From Octopus sinensis (Eukaryota), in assembly GCF_006345805.1 (NCBI RefSeq), contig NW_021831880.1, forward strand, positions 1-52,487: a stretch of 52,487 nucleotides of DNA. The letters are read 5' to 3'. The notes beneath the pieces were generated by a model, which saw nothing but the letters and a program-made list of their open reading frames with translations, was not told the origin of the DNA and ran no database searches. Below, piece by piece: positions 39,879-52,487 of the stretch. Numbering within the stretch: position 1 is the stretch's first letter; every line of letters starts with the position of its first letter. Position numbers and translations under genes: made by a program.

Positions 39879-40767
39879 TGGTTTCCGTAAATATGTAGAA
39901 GCATAGCACTAGTCAGCTTAACAGAAACTACATGGTTTCTGTGAAAAACTGTGGCCAAGGAGCGAAACGATATATATATATATATGACGGGATGATTGGT
40001 CAAAACATTGATGACGTCTCGTTCTGCTGGACTAGCCACCTAACGGGATGATTGGTCAAAACATTGATGACGTCCCGTTCTGCTGGACTAGCCACCTAAC
40101 AAGATGATTGGTCAAAACATTGATGACGTCTTGTTCCGCTGGACTAGCCACCTAACAGGATACAGTCATAGATCAGATCTAATTTCAATCCGTCAAAAAC
40201 AAGCATGACATATTTCTTCTGTGGTCAAACTGTCGTTCTGCTTGGTTGGTTTCCTAACAAAAAATTTTTTTTTTCTTTGAGACTGAGTTTTGATTGGTTG
40301 GGAACTATATGACGTCAGTGAAAAATGCAAGTGAGACAGCTAAGCTGAACTGATATAAAACCCAAACAATTCACAAGATTCACGAAAACTATACGAACAG
40401 ACACCAACCAAAAGTCATTACAGTTGCTCCCATTGGAACACAAGATAAAATCTAAAATGAATTTCTCGCTTTTTCAAGAACATGAATTTTTTTATATTGA
40501 ATGCATATCATCACTATGAACTACTACATCATACTCTTTAAACATATAGCATGGACTCGCTTTACTATATATGAATTTTTTTATGTCTGACTCTATTGAA
40601 TATTATATATGAATTTTTTATATTTGATAGCATGAACTATCTTTTTTATCTATAAATTTTTTTTGATAAGGTTCGTCATTTCAAGAACCGAAACATGTTA
40701 AATAAATAATGTATATATAAAAATTAAAATTTGTCTAATATAGCAGCATTTTCAAACTTCATTTTTT

Positions 40768-40820
<53 letters not shown>

Positions 40821-40989
40821 GTTGTTTCACATGAAATATCGTATTTTTAATTACTTGTTATTCAGTCATTTCAAAACTCAATTATGTATACCTTGCATTT
40901 AATCTTGACTTTTTCTTTCCCAACAATATTGGTATACAAAATTCGTACTCACAGACCTTATGAAAAGGATAACAACCAAACTATGTTGT
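39879..40989 (-). repeat. Inverted copy of 29257-30439
   Basis: Reverse-complement identity including the 56-bp array (one unit fewer) and the mariner 5' end. Confidence 0.9.
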
Positions 40990-42021
40990 GTGATTTTCTT
41001 GTATGAGTACAAACTGGGCCACTCTGCCACAGAAGCTCTACGGAATATCGAGCGGGCCTATGTTCAGAGATGGTTCCAAAGCTCTCGTTCAGATGATAAC
41101 CTTGAAAATAAACCAAGGGGTAGGCCAAAATCAGTTATTCAGCACAATGGATTAAATACTTTGGTTGGACAAAATCCGAGATCAAAAGTTCGAAAACTTT
41201 CATCAAAACTCCAAACATTTCACGCAACTGTTTTTGGACATCTGTAAAAAGTTGGAAAAGTCAAGAAAATGGATAGGTTTGTTCCACATCAAGTGAATGA
41301 GATTAAAAAAAAAAAAACAGATGCCTCAAAGTGTGCTCCTTGTTGCTTTCTCGACCATTTTTGCATCAAATCATTATTTGTGATGAGAAATTGATACTCT
41401 TTGACAACAGCAGAGCAGGACAGCGATTAGATGCAGGAGAGTCACCTAAACACTACCCAACCCACCATTGCACCCTAAAAAAATTAGTGGTCACTGTAGT
41501 GGGGGGTCTCTGAAGGGAGTTATTCATTATCCATTTTTGCAACAAGGAAAAATGGTAACAGCAACACAGTATTGCTAGGAAATTGATTGTATGCATGAGA
41601 ATTTGAAAAATAAGCAACTAGTGAATAGAGATGGCGCAATTTTACTCCACCACAATGCACGTACTCAAATTCCTCAAGCTACAGCCCAAAAGTTGCAAAG
41701 CCTGAAATTATGAGATTTTGCAACATCCTCCCTATTCCCCTGATATCTCTCCTACTGATCATCACTTATTTAAGCATTTTGAGCTTTTCATAAGCAATAA
41801 ACATTCTTAATAGAGAAAGAGGTATGAAGCATTCAGGACAGTTTATCACAGCAAAAGATGAATTTGTTTTTTTTTTTTTAAACATGGGATATATGACATA
41901 GAGAAACGTTGGGTAACATCATAAATGAACGTGAATCATAATTTGATTAAATATATCAGTTCTCAAACACTTCTGAAACATTTTATTGTTATCTTTCATA
42001 TTATCATTATGTGAAACAACC
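40817..42021 (+). mobile_element. Full-length but decayed mariner in a (TA)n tract
   Basis: TIR TTAGGTTGTTTCACATG / ATGTGAAACAACC; [57 protein letters not shown] with stops and frameshifts. Confidence 0.9.
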
Positions 42022-42126
<105 letters not shown>

Positions 42127-42302
42127 CATATTATATATATTATATATATATATATATTATATATTTATTGATAAAAATGGTAAGACAACAAAAGAAAGAA
42201 AGAGACCTCGATATTATGTAAAATTTACATTTACAGATATATATATATATATGACGATTTTTTCCCTCTGTCTTCCCTTCTCGGGATCTTTCCTTCTCCT
42301 AT

Positions 42303-42337
42303 GTTTCCGACGAAGAGCTCCGCTCGAAACGTCAAAC
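42303..42337 (+). ncRNA. Minimal hammerhead-like motif with variant core (copy at 47321-47355; degenerate relative at 12829-12864)
   Basis: GTTT-CCGACGA-A-GAGC TCC GCTC-GAAACGTC-AAAC. Confidence 0.5.
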
Positions 42338-42947
42338 CCTCCTTCTTCCCTTCTTTCCTGAGCGTCCAATAATACTTTATTTGTTCCACGTCCTCGCGTT
42401 GTTGTTTTTTTGTTTTTTTTGTGTTTTTCTTGTTTGGATTAACTTTATATATATTCTTATTATAAAAGGCAGATTTTATCTGCCTCCCTTTGTCAGTTAT
42501 AGAAATCTACAATATAGGATTTCTTCAATTACAATTTACTTAGCATTTTTAAGAGTAGAATGCATCGGGTTTTGCCAGGTCCACTTTTTAAAATTTAAAC
42601 TCCAATTAAGCAAAATTTACAGAAAACTCACATTCTGGTGTGTATGTCAAATGCTTTTCTTAATGTGTTTTACACCACACGCACACGCACACACACAGTG
42701 TGCAAGGAATAAAATGAAAGTAATTCACCTTTTGTAGTGAGTGACTCTTTCAGTCTGCCACTTCCTCTTTACACACATAGACACGCAAATATATAAATAA
42801 AATTGTAAGCTAACGTGCGTGTGTGTGAGTGTGTGTGTGCGTGTGTGTGTGTGAGGGGTGCGTGTGTGGTGTGTGTGTGTGTGTGTGTGTGCGTGTGCGT
42901 GAGTGTGTGACAGGAAAGTATTTTAGGACGAATATAAGACCTATATC

Positions 42948-43254
42948 GGCGATGTTTCGCTTGTCGTAGCACAGGTTTCCGTCGATTTCCGTAAAAAACT
43001 TATTTTTTTACATAAGTAATGAGAGCGAAAGAGACTAAGAGAAAGCGATTGTATGACGAGGGAAGTTCTTTTGAAGTTACCGTGCATGGGACGCATTGAT
43101 GTACATGTGTGTGTGTGTTTGATGGAGTGTGGGAGACAGACAGTATGTTGTGTAAGTGAAGTGCTTCTGTTAGTGTGTGTGAAGAGACAGAGTAATGTGT
43201 GAAAGAGAGAGATAACTGAAATTTTTTACTCGGTTTATGTATGGATATGCATGT

Positions 43255-43294
<40 letters not shown>

Positions 43295-43365
43295 ATGGCC
43301 GATTCAGTGTTTACATTTTTTACGGAATTGACGGAAACGTGTGCTACGACAAGCGAAACATCGCC
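42948..43365. mobile_element. MITE with GG..CC termini and 8-bp TSD (Merlin-like); copy at ~47966-48373
   Basis: ~50-bp TIRs GGCGATGTTTCGCTTGTCGTAGCAC.., TSD CCTATATC (42940-42947/43366-43373). Confidence 0.75.
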
Positions 43366-43380
43366 CCTATATCCAAGTAG

Positions 43381-43852
43381 CAGAAAGATCGCCCAAAAGT
43401 GTATATAGATATCTAATGTATTTATATATTCATCTCTATACACAGATGTATGTATAATGTGTGTGTATATATTTCCATACACGTAACCATTCACTCCGCA
43501 CAAAGTTTTTTAGGACGAAAATAAGATCTAAAGTTATCTCTAAGTAGCACAGAGATCGCCCAAAAGTGTATATAGATATATAATGTATTTATATATTCAT
43601 CTATGCACACATGTATGTATAACGTGTGTGTATATATTTCCATAGAGGTAACCATTCACTCCATACAAAGTTTTTTAGCACGAAAATAAGATCTAAAGTT
43701 ATCTCTAAGAAACAGAAAGATCGCCCAAAAGTGTATATAGATATTTAAATGTATTTATATATTCATCTATACACACATGTATGTATAATGTGCGTGTATA
43801 TATTTCCATAGAGGTAACCATTCAATCCATACAAAGTTTTTTAGGACGAAAA
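43381..43852 (+). repeat. ~166-bp minisatellite, about 3 units (also ~48390-48858)
   Basis: AGATCGCCCAAAAGTGTATATAGATAT recurs at ~43386, ~43553 and ~43718. Confidence 0.88.
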
Positions 43853-43854
43853 TA

Positions 43855-44703
43855 TTTATATATAAAAGAAAGGTTGTGTGTCTGTCTACTCTGATTTAGA
43901 TTCCTAACTACTCCCACATTTTGCGATGCAGTTTTAACCAAAACCGGGTATCTTATAGTCGTGATTCATATCGAGCCCTTCTGGGTATTAGCGCGCGTCT
44001 ACGATGAGTCTATGATTTTACAAATAATTTACCATCATTTTTTTCCATTTTAATGCATATTTTAAAAAATAAACGGAAGTAACTCTCAAACTTCACACCA
44101 ATATGCGTGCTCATATGCGACGTAATATCACATCAGCAGCATTTCCTCACACCCTCCTTGCACTTGGCGAAGGCAAAATACCAGGGGATGAAAATGGTAA
44201 TATTGCCATCGATTCCATTTGTACCATTGTTAAGACGCCTTCTGATCTCAGAGATGCAGTGTTCCCAGATCTACAAGCTAATTATCAGAATATGGATTGG
44301 ATTGGCAAAAAGGCTATACTGGCCCCGAGGAATAAAACTGTTCACCATATTAATGATGAAATGCTAAAACTCATTCCTGGGGAAGTCTATGTATATCAGT
44401 CTATCGATACAACTCCTGACCCAGAGGACGTCATCAACTATCCAATAGAGGTACTCAATTCCTTTGAGCACCCCGGACTACCACCACACTTTCTCAAACT
44501 TAAAGTTGGTGCCCCTATAATGCTCATCAGAAATTTGGTTCCCCCAAAACAATGCAATGGCACACGTTTGATCGTTAAGTCCTTATCTCCCACCGTAAGC
44601 TTATATCAATATTTGCCTGAATAATCATCAAATCAGTGCAATGCAATCATTAACAGTACTTTCAAGCAATTCAGCTCCGAGCAACGCCGGGCAATTCTGC
44701 TAG
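43855..44703 (+). mobile_element. Internally deleted Helitron retaining a PIF1 helicase fragment (44103-44624)
   Basis: KAILAPRN..VHHIND..Y.SID..YPIEVLNS..PGLPPHFLKLKVGAPIMLIRNL.P..CNGTRLIV; 3' hairpin + CTAG|T. Confidence 0.88.
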
Positions 44704-44713
44704 TATATATATA

Positions 44714-44845
44714 TAATAGTTATCGCCAAGCTAACATGTGCTGCTGATTAGCTCCAAGAGGTCGTCGCCTCTAGCAAGAGGTCATCACCTCTAGCAGCAT
44801 TCATCCTATTTTTCTGGACTGCCATGTTAGTTTGGCGATAACTAT
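44714..44845. mobile_element. Small MITE (copy at ~49712-49833)
   Basis: AATAGTTATCGCCAAGCTAACATG / CATGTTAGTTTGGCGATAACTATT inverted termini. Confidence 0.65.
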
Positions 44846-45642
44846 TAATATCCAGCTGCCGTAGTCTCCTTAGAGACTTTGAAATATTTTTAGAAAAAGA
44901 TTGTCAAAAGTAAAATGTAAAAGCTTTGTAAAAGCTTTGTTGTGTAAATGACTGGTTGTGACAAAATATTACAATATATATATATATACATTCTTTGATA
45001 ATAATAAGAAAATGTTAAAAAACAGTTTACAAGGAAATATCTTGAGAAAATATTAAACAAAAATTTCAAAAAAGAAATATATAATTGGATTTCGTTAAAA
45101 ATCATGTTTTGTTTGGAAGAATCTATATATATACACAGAAAGGTATTAGTTCAAAGACAGTCATATTTGGTAGTATATATACTCTTTTACTCTTTTACTG
45201 GTTTCAATCATTTGACTGCGGCCATGCTGGAGCACTGCCTTTAATCGAGCAACTTGACCCCGGGACTTATTCTTTGTAAGCCCAGTACTTATTCTATCAG
45301 TCTCTTTTGCCGAACCGCTAAGTGACGGGGACATAAACACACCAGCATCGGTTGTCAAGCAATGCTAGGGGGACAAACATAGACACACAAACATACACGC
45401 ACACACATATATATACATATATACGACGGGCTTCTTTCAGATTCCGTCTATCAAATCCACTCACAAGGCTTTGGTTGGCCCAAGGCTATAGCAGAAGACA
45501 CTTGCCCAAGGTGCCACGCAGTGGGACTGAATCCGAAACATGTGGTTGGTAAACAAGCTACTTACCACACAGCCACTCCTGCACCTATGTATTTCTGTTT
45601 TGTTTTTTTTTTTCTGCCTAAAGCCAAAAAATAAACAATAAC

Positions 45643-45745
45643 TCTGAGCACCTTTTCAAACTCCACCTGTCTAACACCCGTGAACATGTTTACAAAGTCA
45701 GAAAACAGCACAGCTCTCATGACCTTCAGAAACATTTTTTCATGC
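45643..45745 (+). mobile_element. CR1-like LINE C-terminal fragment (copy at ~50630-50728)
   Basis: LFKLHLSNTREHVYKVRKQHSSHD(L/F).KHFF resembles the TRGH..K..K....D.RK.FF motif. Confidence 0.5.
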
Positions 45746-46751
45746 GCCTATACACAGAAGGAGATACATTTAGGAGTTTATAAAGAATTTGAGATGACCT
45801 GACCTGTTTTAACATTTTTTTCTTTTTCTGTGAAGCTAAAAGCCGTTTACTATTTTAAGGGACAGTGTGGGAGGTTGGTTGGGTGGGGGGAAGGAAGAGT
45901 AATGTATATATGTATAATATCTTGTTACAACCTGTACGTAAACAACAAAGCTTATACAAAGTTTTACATTTCACTTTTGACAATATTCTTCTAAAAAAGT
46001 AAAACAGTGAATAAAAATCTTTTCAAATTGCATTTTCAAACCTTCTTTCATATATATATTTCCACTCGTGTGCTACTGGTAACATGTAACCCAATACAAT
46101 CTGTTGCATGGTTGGGCCGTTGGCGACTAAACCAGCAACCCCACCAACTTGGTGAGGAAGGTGTTATTGGACAGCCTGCAGGATGAAAAACAAAACCCGT
46201 CAAAGGTCAGAGGAACTCTTGAGAGTCAACGACCATCCAATAAATGTGTAATTATATATCACCTCATCGTGGTAAGCGGGTGAGATGGGAGTGTCAGAGC
46301 TATGCCGTCGGAGACTTCGGTTTCTGGTAGGGCCACCCAAGGCGGATTGTTCTGACACCCAGCGGTATCAGGGCCGCACCTGGTGAACAGAAGCGTCTGA
46401 TCTGGCAACCGGAGGCTTCAACCCGTCCTGTCCCTGCGTCTGTGGAAAATCTACGGCGAGCTGGCAGAAATGTTAGCACGCCGGGCGAAATGCTTAGTGG
46501 TATTTCGTCTGCGTTACATTGTGAGTTCAAATTCCGCTGAGGTCGACTTTGCCTTTCATCCTTTCGGGGTCGATAAATTAAGTACCAGTTACGAACTGGG
46601 GTCGATGTATTCGACTTAATACCTATGTCTGTCCTTGTTTATCCCCCCTATGTTTAGCCCCTTGTGGGTAATAAAGAAATAGGAAAATCTACGGCAAACT
46701 AGGCCAATGAGCCAACATAGGCTTTAAAAAGGGCGCATTTATATATATATA

Positions 46752-46789
<38 letters not shown>

Positions 46790-46793
46790 TATA

Positions 46794-46990
46794 TACAATA
46801 TGTTACATTACTCGGTAGTCAAGATAAAACTCTGAGTTTCAGATGCCGAAGTGGAAATCCACAACACCATCTCTTCGGTTATCTGGTTATCTAAATAGCC
46901 AGATAACCGAAGAGATGGTGTTGTGGATTTCCACTTCGGCATCTGAACACAGAGTTTTATCTTGACTACCGAGTAATGTAACATATTGTA
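46794..46990. repeat. ~197-bp near-perfect palindrome with a hammerhead-like motif in each arm (copy at 51789-51985)
   Basis: Arms are reverse complements around a 4-nt loop at 46891-46894. Confidence 0.9.
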
Positions 46991-47115
46991 TAGATAAATT
47001 TCCTCTATTTACATAATATTGAGGTCACTTTCTTTCTTTTTGTTATCTTACCGTTTTATTAATATATATAAACATTTATTGTTATCTTTCATATATATCA
47101 TTCATGTGAAATAAC

Positions 47116-47184
<69 letters not shown>

Positions 47185-48860
47185 TATATTGATAAAATGT
47201 TAAGACAACAAAAGAAAGAAAGAGACCTCGATATTATGTAAAATTTACATTTACAGATATATATATATATGACGATTTTTTTCCCTCTGTCTTCCCTTCT
47301 CGGGATCTTCCTTCTCCTATGTTTCCGACGAAGAGCTCCGCTCGAAACGTCAAACCCTCCTTCTTCCCTTCTTTCCTGAGCGTCCAATAATACTTTATTT
47401 GTTCCACGTCCTCGCGTTGTTGTTTTTTGTTTTTTTTTTGTGTTTCTTGTGGATTAACTTTATATATATCTCTTATTATAAAAGGCAGATTTTATCTGCC
47501 TCCCTTTGTCAGTTATAGAAATCTACAATATAGGATTTCTTCAATTACATTTACTTAGCATTTTTAAGAGTAGAATGCATCGGGTTTTGCCAGGTCCACT
47601 TTTAAAATTTAAACTCCAATTAAGCAAAATTTACAGAAAACTCACATTCTGGTGTGTATGTCAAATGCTTTTCTTAATGTGTTTTACACCACACGCACAC
47701 GCACACACACAGTGTGCAAGGAATAAAATGAAAGTAATTCACCTTTGTAGTGAGTGACTCTTTCAGTCTGCCACTTCCTCTTTACACACATAGACACGCA
47801 AATATATAAATAAAATTGTAAGCTAACGTGCGTGTGTGTGAGTGTGTGTGTGCGTGTGTGTGTGTGTGTGAGGGTGCGTGTGTGGTGTGTGTGTGTGTTG
47901 TGTGTGCGTGTGCGTGAGTGTGTGACAGGAAGAAAGTATTTTAGGACGAATATAAGACCTATATCGGCGATGTTTCGCTTGTCGTAGCACAGGTTTCCGT
48001 CGATTTCCGTAAAAAACTTATTTTTTTACATAAGTAATGAGAGCGAAAGAGACTAAGAGAAAGCGATTGTATGACGAGGGAAGTTCTTTTGAAGTTACCG
48101 TGCATGGGACGCATTGATGTACATGTGTGTGTGTGTTGATGGAGTGTGGAGACAGACAGTATGTTGTGTAAGTGAAGTGCTTCTGTTAGTGTGTGTGAAG
48201 AGACAGAGTAATGTGTGAAAGAGAGAGATAACTGAAATTTTTTACTCGGTTTATGTGTATATGTATGTGTGTGTGTGTGTGTGTGTATGTACGTATGTAT
48301 GTATGGCCGATTCAGTGTTTACATTTTTTACGGAAATTGACGGAAACGTGTGCTACGACAAGCGAAACATCGCCCCTATATCCAAGTAGCAGAAAGATCG
48401 CCCAAAAGTGTATATAGATATCTAAATGTATTTATATATTCATCTATACACAGATGTATGTATACTGTGTGTGTATATATTTCCATACACGTAACCATTC
48501 ACTCACAAAGTTTTTTAGCACGAAAATAAGATCTAAAGTTATCTCTAAGTAGCACAGAGATCGCCCAAAAGTGTATATAGATATATAAATGTATTTATAT
48601 ATTCATCTATGCACACATGTATGTATAACGTTGTGGTATATATTTCCATAGAGGTAACCATTCACTCCATACAAAGTTTTTTAGCACGAAAATAAGATCT
48701 AAAGTTATCTCTAAGAAACAGAAAGATCGCCCAAAAGTGTATATAGATATTTAAATGTATTTATATATTCATCTATACACACATGTATGTATAATGTGCG
48801 TGTATATATTTCCATAGAGGTAACCATTCAATCCATACAAAGTTTTTTAGGACGAAAATA

Positions 48861-49701
48861 TTTATATATAAAAGAAAGGTTGTGTGTCTGTCTACTCTGA
48901 TTTAGATTCCTAACTACTCCCACATTTTGCGATGCAGTTTAACCAAAACCGGGTATCTTATAGTCGTGATTCATATCGAGCCCTTCTGGGTATTAGCGCG
49001 CGTCTACGATGAGTCTATGATTTTACAAATAATTTACCATCATTTTTTCCATTTTAATGCATATTTTAAAAAATAAACGGAAGTAACTCTCAAACTTCAC
49101 ACCAATATGCGTGCTCATATGCGACGTAATATCACATCAGCAGCATTTCCTCACACCCTCCTTGCACTTGGCGAAGGCAAAATACCAGGGGATGAAAATG
49201 GTAATATTGCCATCGATTCCATTTGTACCATTGTTAAGACGCCTCTGATCTCAGAGATGCAGTGTTCCCAGATCTACAAGCTAATTATCAGAATATGGAT
49301 GGATTGGCAAAAAGGCTATACTGGCCCCGGGAATAAAACTGTTCACCATATTAATGATGAAATGCTAAAACTCATTCCTGGGGAAGTCTATGTATATCAG
49401 TCTATCGATACAACTCCTGACCCAGAGGACGTCATCAACTATCCAATAGAGGTACTCAATTCCTTTGAGCACCCCGGACTACCACCACACTTTCTCAAAC
49501 TTAAAGTTGGTGCCCCTATAATGCTCATCAGAAATTTGGTTCCCCCAAAACAATGCAATGGCACACGTTTGATCGTTAAGTCCTTATCTCCCACCGTAAG
49601 CTTATATCAATATTTGCCTGAATAATCATCATAATTCAGTGCAATCATTAACAGTACTTTCAAGCAATTCAGCTCCGAGCAACGCCGGGCAATTCTGCTA
49701 G
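48861..49701 (+). mobile_element. Duplicate of the Helitron/PIF1 fragment (49107-49625), with 1-nt indels
   Basis: Same sequence; frameshifted between ~49243 and ~49330. Confidence 0.88.
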
Positions 49702-51732
49702 TATATATATATAATAGTTATCGCCAAGCTAACATGTGCTGCTGATTAGCTCCAAGGTCGTCGCCTCTAGCAGGTCATCTAGCAGCATTCATCCTATTTT
49801 TCTGGACTGCCATGTTAGTTTGGCGATAACTATTAATATCCAGCTGCCGTAGTCTCCTTAGAGACTTTGAAATATTTTTAGAAAAAGATTGTCAAAGTAA
49901 AATGTAAAAGCTTTGTAAAAGCTTTGTTGTGTAAATGACTGGTGTGTGACAAAATATTACAATATATATATATATACATTCTTTGATAATAATAAGAAAA
50001 TGTTAAAAAACAGTTTACAAGGAAATATCTTGAGAAAATATTAAACAAAAATTTCAAAAAAGAAATATATAATTGGATTTCGTTAAAAATCATGTTTTGT
50101 TTGGAAGAATCTATATATATACACAGAAAGGTATTAGTTCAAAGACAGTCATGTTTGGTAGTATATATACTCTTTTACTCTTTTACTGGTTTCAATCATT
50201 TGACTGCGGCCATGCTGGAGCACTGCCTTTAATCGAGCAACTTGACCCCGGGACTTATTCTTTGTAAGCCCAGTACTTATTCTATCAGTCTCTTTTGCCG
50301 AACCGCTAAGTGACGGGGACATAAACACACCAGCATCGGTTGTCAAGCAATGCTAGGGGGACAAACATAGACACACAAACATACACGCACACACATATAT
50401 ATACATATATACGATGGGCTTCTTTCAGATTCCGTCTATCAAATCCACTCACAAGGCTTTGGTTGGCCCAAGGCTATAGCAGAAGACACTTGCCCAAGGT
50501 GCCACGCAGTGGGACTGAATCCGAAACATGTGGTGGTAAACAAGCTACTTACCACACAGCCACTCCTGCACCTATGTGTTCTGTTTTGTTTTTTTTTTCT
50601 GCCTAAAGCCAAAAAATAAACAATAACCCTGAGCACCTTTTCAAACTCCACCTGTCTAACACCCGTGAACATGTTTAAAGTCAGAAAACAGCACAGCTCT
50701 CATGACTTTCAGAAACATTTTTTCATGCGCCTATACACAGAAGGAGATACATTAGGAGTTTATAAAGAATTTGAGATGACCTGACCTGTTTTAACATTTT
50801 TTCTTTTTCTGTGAAGCTAAAAGCCGTTTACTATTTTAAGGGACAGTGTGGGAGGTTGGTTGGGTGGGGGGAAGGAAGAGTAATGTATATATGTATAATA
50901 TCTTGTTACAACCTGTACGTAACACAACAAAGCTTATACAAAGTTTTACATTTCACTTTTGACAATATTCTTCTAAAAAAGTAAAACAGTGAATAAAAAT
51001 CTTTTCAAATTGCATTTTCAAACCTTCTTTCATATATATATTTCCACTCGTGTGCTACTGGTAACATGTAACCCAATACAATCTGTTGCATGGTTGGGCC
51101 GTTGGCGACTAAACCAGCAACCCCACCAACTTGGTGAGGAAGGTGTTATTGGACAGCCTGCAGGATGAAAAACAAAACCCGTCAAAGGTCAGAGGAACTC
51201 TTGAGAGTCAACGACCATCCAATAAATGTGTAATTATATATCACCTCATCGTGGTAAGCGGGTGAGATGGGAGTGTCAGAGCTATGCCGTCGGAGACTTC
51301 GGTTTCTGGTAGGGCCACCCAAGGCGGATTGTTCTGACACCCAGCGGTATCAGGGCCGCACCGGCTAACGGGGCTCTGGTGAACAGAAGTGTCTGATCTG
51401 GCAACCGGAGGCTTCAACCCGTCCTGTCCCTGCGTCTGTGGAAAATCTACGGCGAGCTGGCAGAAATGTTAGCACGCCGGGCAAAATGCTTAGCGGTATT
51501 TCGTCTGCGTTACATTGTGAGTTCAAATTCCGCTGAGGTCGACTTTGCCTTTCATCCTTTCGGGGTCGATAAATTAAGTACCAGTTACGAACTGGGGTCG
51601 ATGTAATCGACTTAATACCTATGTCTGTCCTTGTTTATCCCCTCTATGTTTAGCCCCTTGTGGGTAATAAAGAAATAGGAAAATCTACGGCAAACTAGGC
51701 CCATGAGCCAACATAGGCTTTAAAAAGGGCGC

Positions 51733-51787
<55 letters not shown>

Positions 51788-52250
51788 ATACAATATGTTA
51801 CATTACTCGGTAGTCAAGAAAAACTCTGAGTTTCAGATGCCGAAGTGGAAATCCACAACACCATCTCTTCGGTTATCTGGTTATCTAAATAGCCAGATAA
51901 CCGAAGAGATGGTGTTGTGGATTTCCACTTCGGCATCTGAAACACAGAGTTTTATCTTGACTACCGAGTAATGTAACATATTGTATAGATAAATTTCCTC
52001 TATTTACATAATATTGAGGTCTCTTTCTTTCTTTTGTTATCTTACCGTTTTATCAATATATATAAACATTTTATTGTTATCTTTCATATATATCATTTCA
52101 TGTGAAACAACCTATATATATATCTCCCTGCTTCCATCTCCTGAGCGCCTATTAATAATAATATTGTAATTGTTCCTGTTGTTGTGTTTTTTGTTTCCCT
52201 TTTGGATTAAAATTATATATATATTATATATATATATAATATATATATAC

Positions 52251-52342
<92 letters not shown>

Positions 52343-52487
52343 TTATATTGATAAAAATGGTAAGACAACAAAAGAAAGAAAGAGACCTCGATATTATGTA
52401 AAATTTACATTTACAGATATATATATATATGACGATTTTTTTCCCTCTGTCTTCCCTTCTCGGGATCTTTCCTTCTCCTATGTTTCC

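Noticed and set aside
44103-44624. Host PIF1 helicase gene
   Set aside because: Intronless partial domain enclosed by Helitron termini; lacks the N-terminal helicase motifs
46075-46725. GC-richer block, possibly a LINE 5' UTR with an HDV-like ribozyme
   Set aside because: Could not build the nested pseudoknot by eye and no ORF follows; needs a covariance search

Overview
Eukaryotic, AT-rich, repeat-dense genomic DNA; the tRNA-SINE, RTE and (TA)n content resembles a cephalopod (Octopus-like) genome, which is an inference. Positions 1.5-17.7 kb hold the last six coding exons of WDR44 (Rabphilin-11) on the + strand, in phase and with GT-AG introns. The introns are packed with nested SINEs, RTE LINE fragments, piggyBac and other MITEs, Helitrons and a Helentron-type HINE. 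Positions 18-23.6 kb are TE debris (hAT MITE, RTE, Gypsy). From 23.6 kb on, the region is heavily rearranged: a ~12.4 kb inverted duplication, a further inverted copy of its spacer, a duplicated CpG-rich promoter-like block, a decayed full-length mariner, and a ~5 kb tandem duplication carrying a Helitron PIF1 fragment. Several junctions fall at pieces of that one mariner. The most notable unannotated signal is a set of about seven sequence-distinct hammerhead-ribozyme-like motifs. One is a well-formed type I fold (39536-39586), some sit in hairpins as inverted pairs, all lie in or near (TA)n-rich sequence, and one neighbours a Penelope-like ORF N-terminus preceded by a CRE/CCAAT repeat array. 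Part of the large duplications could be assembly artefact.
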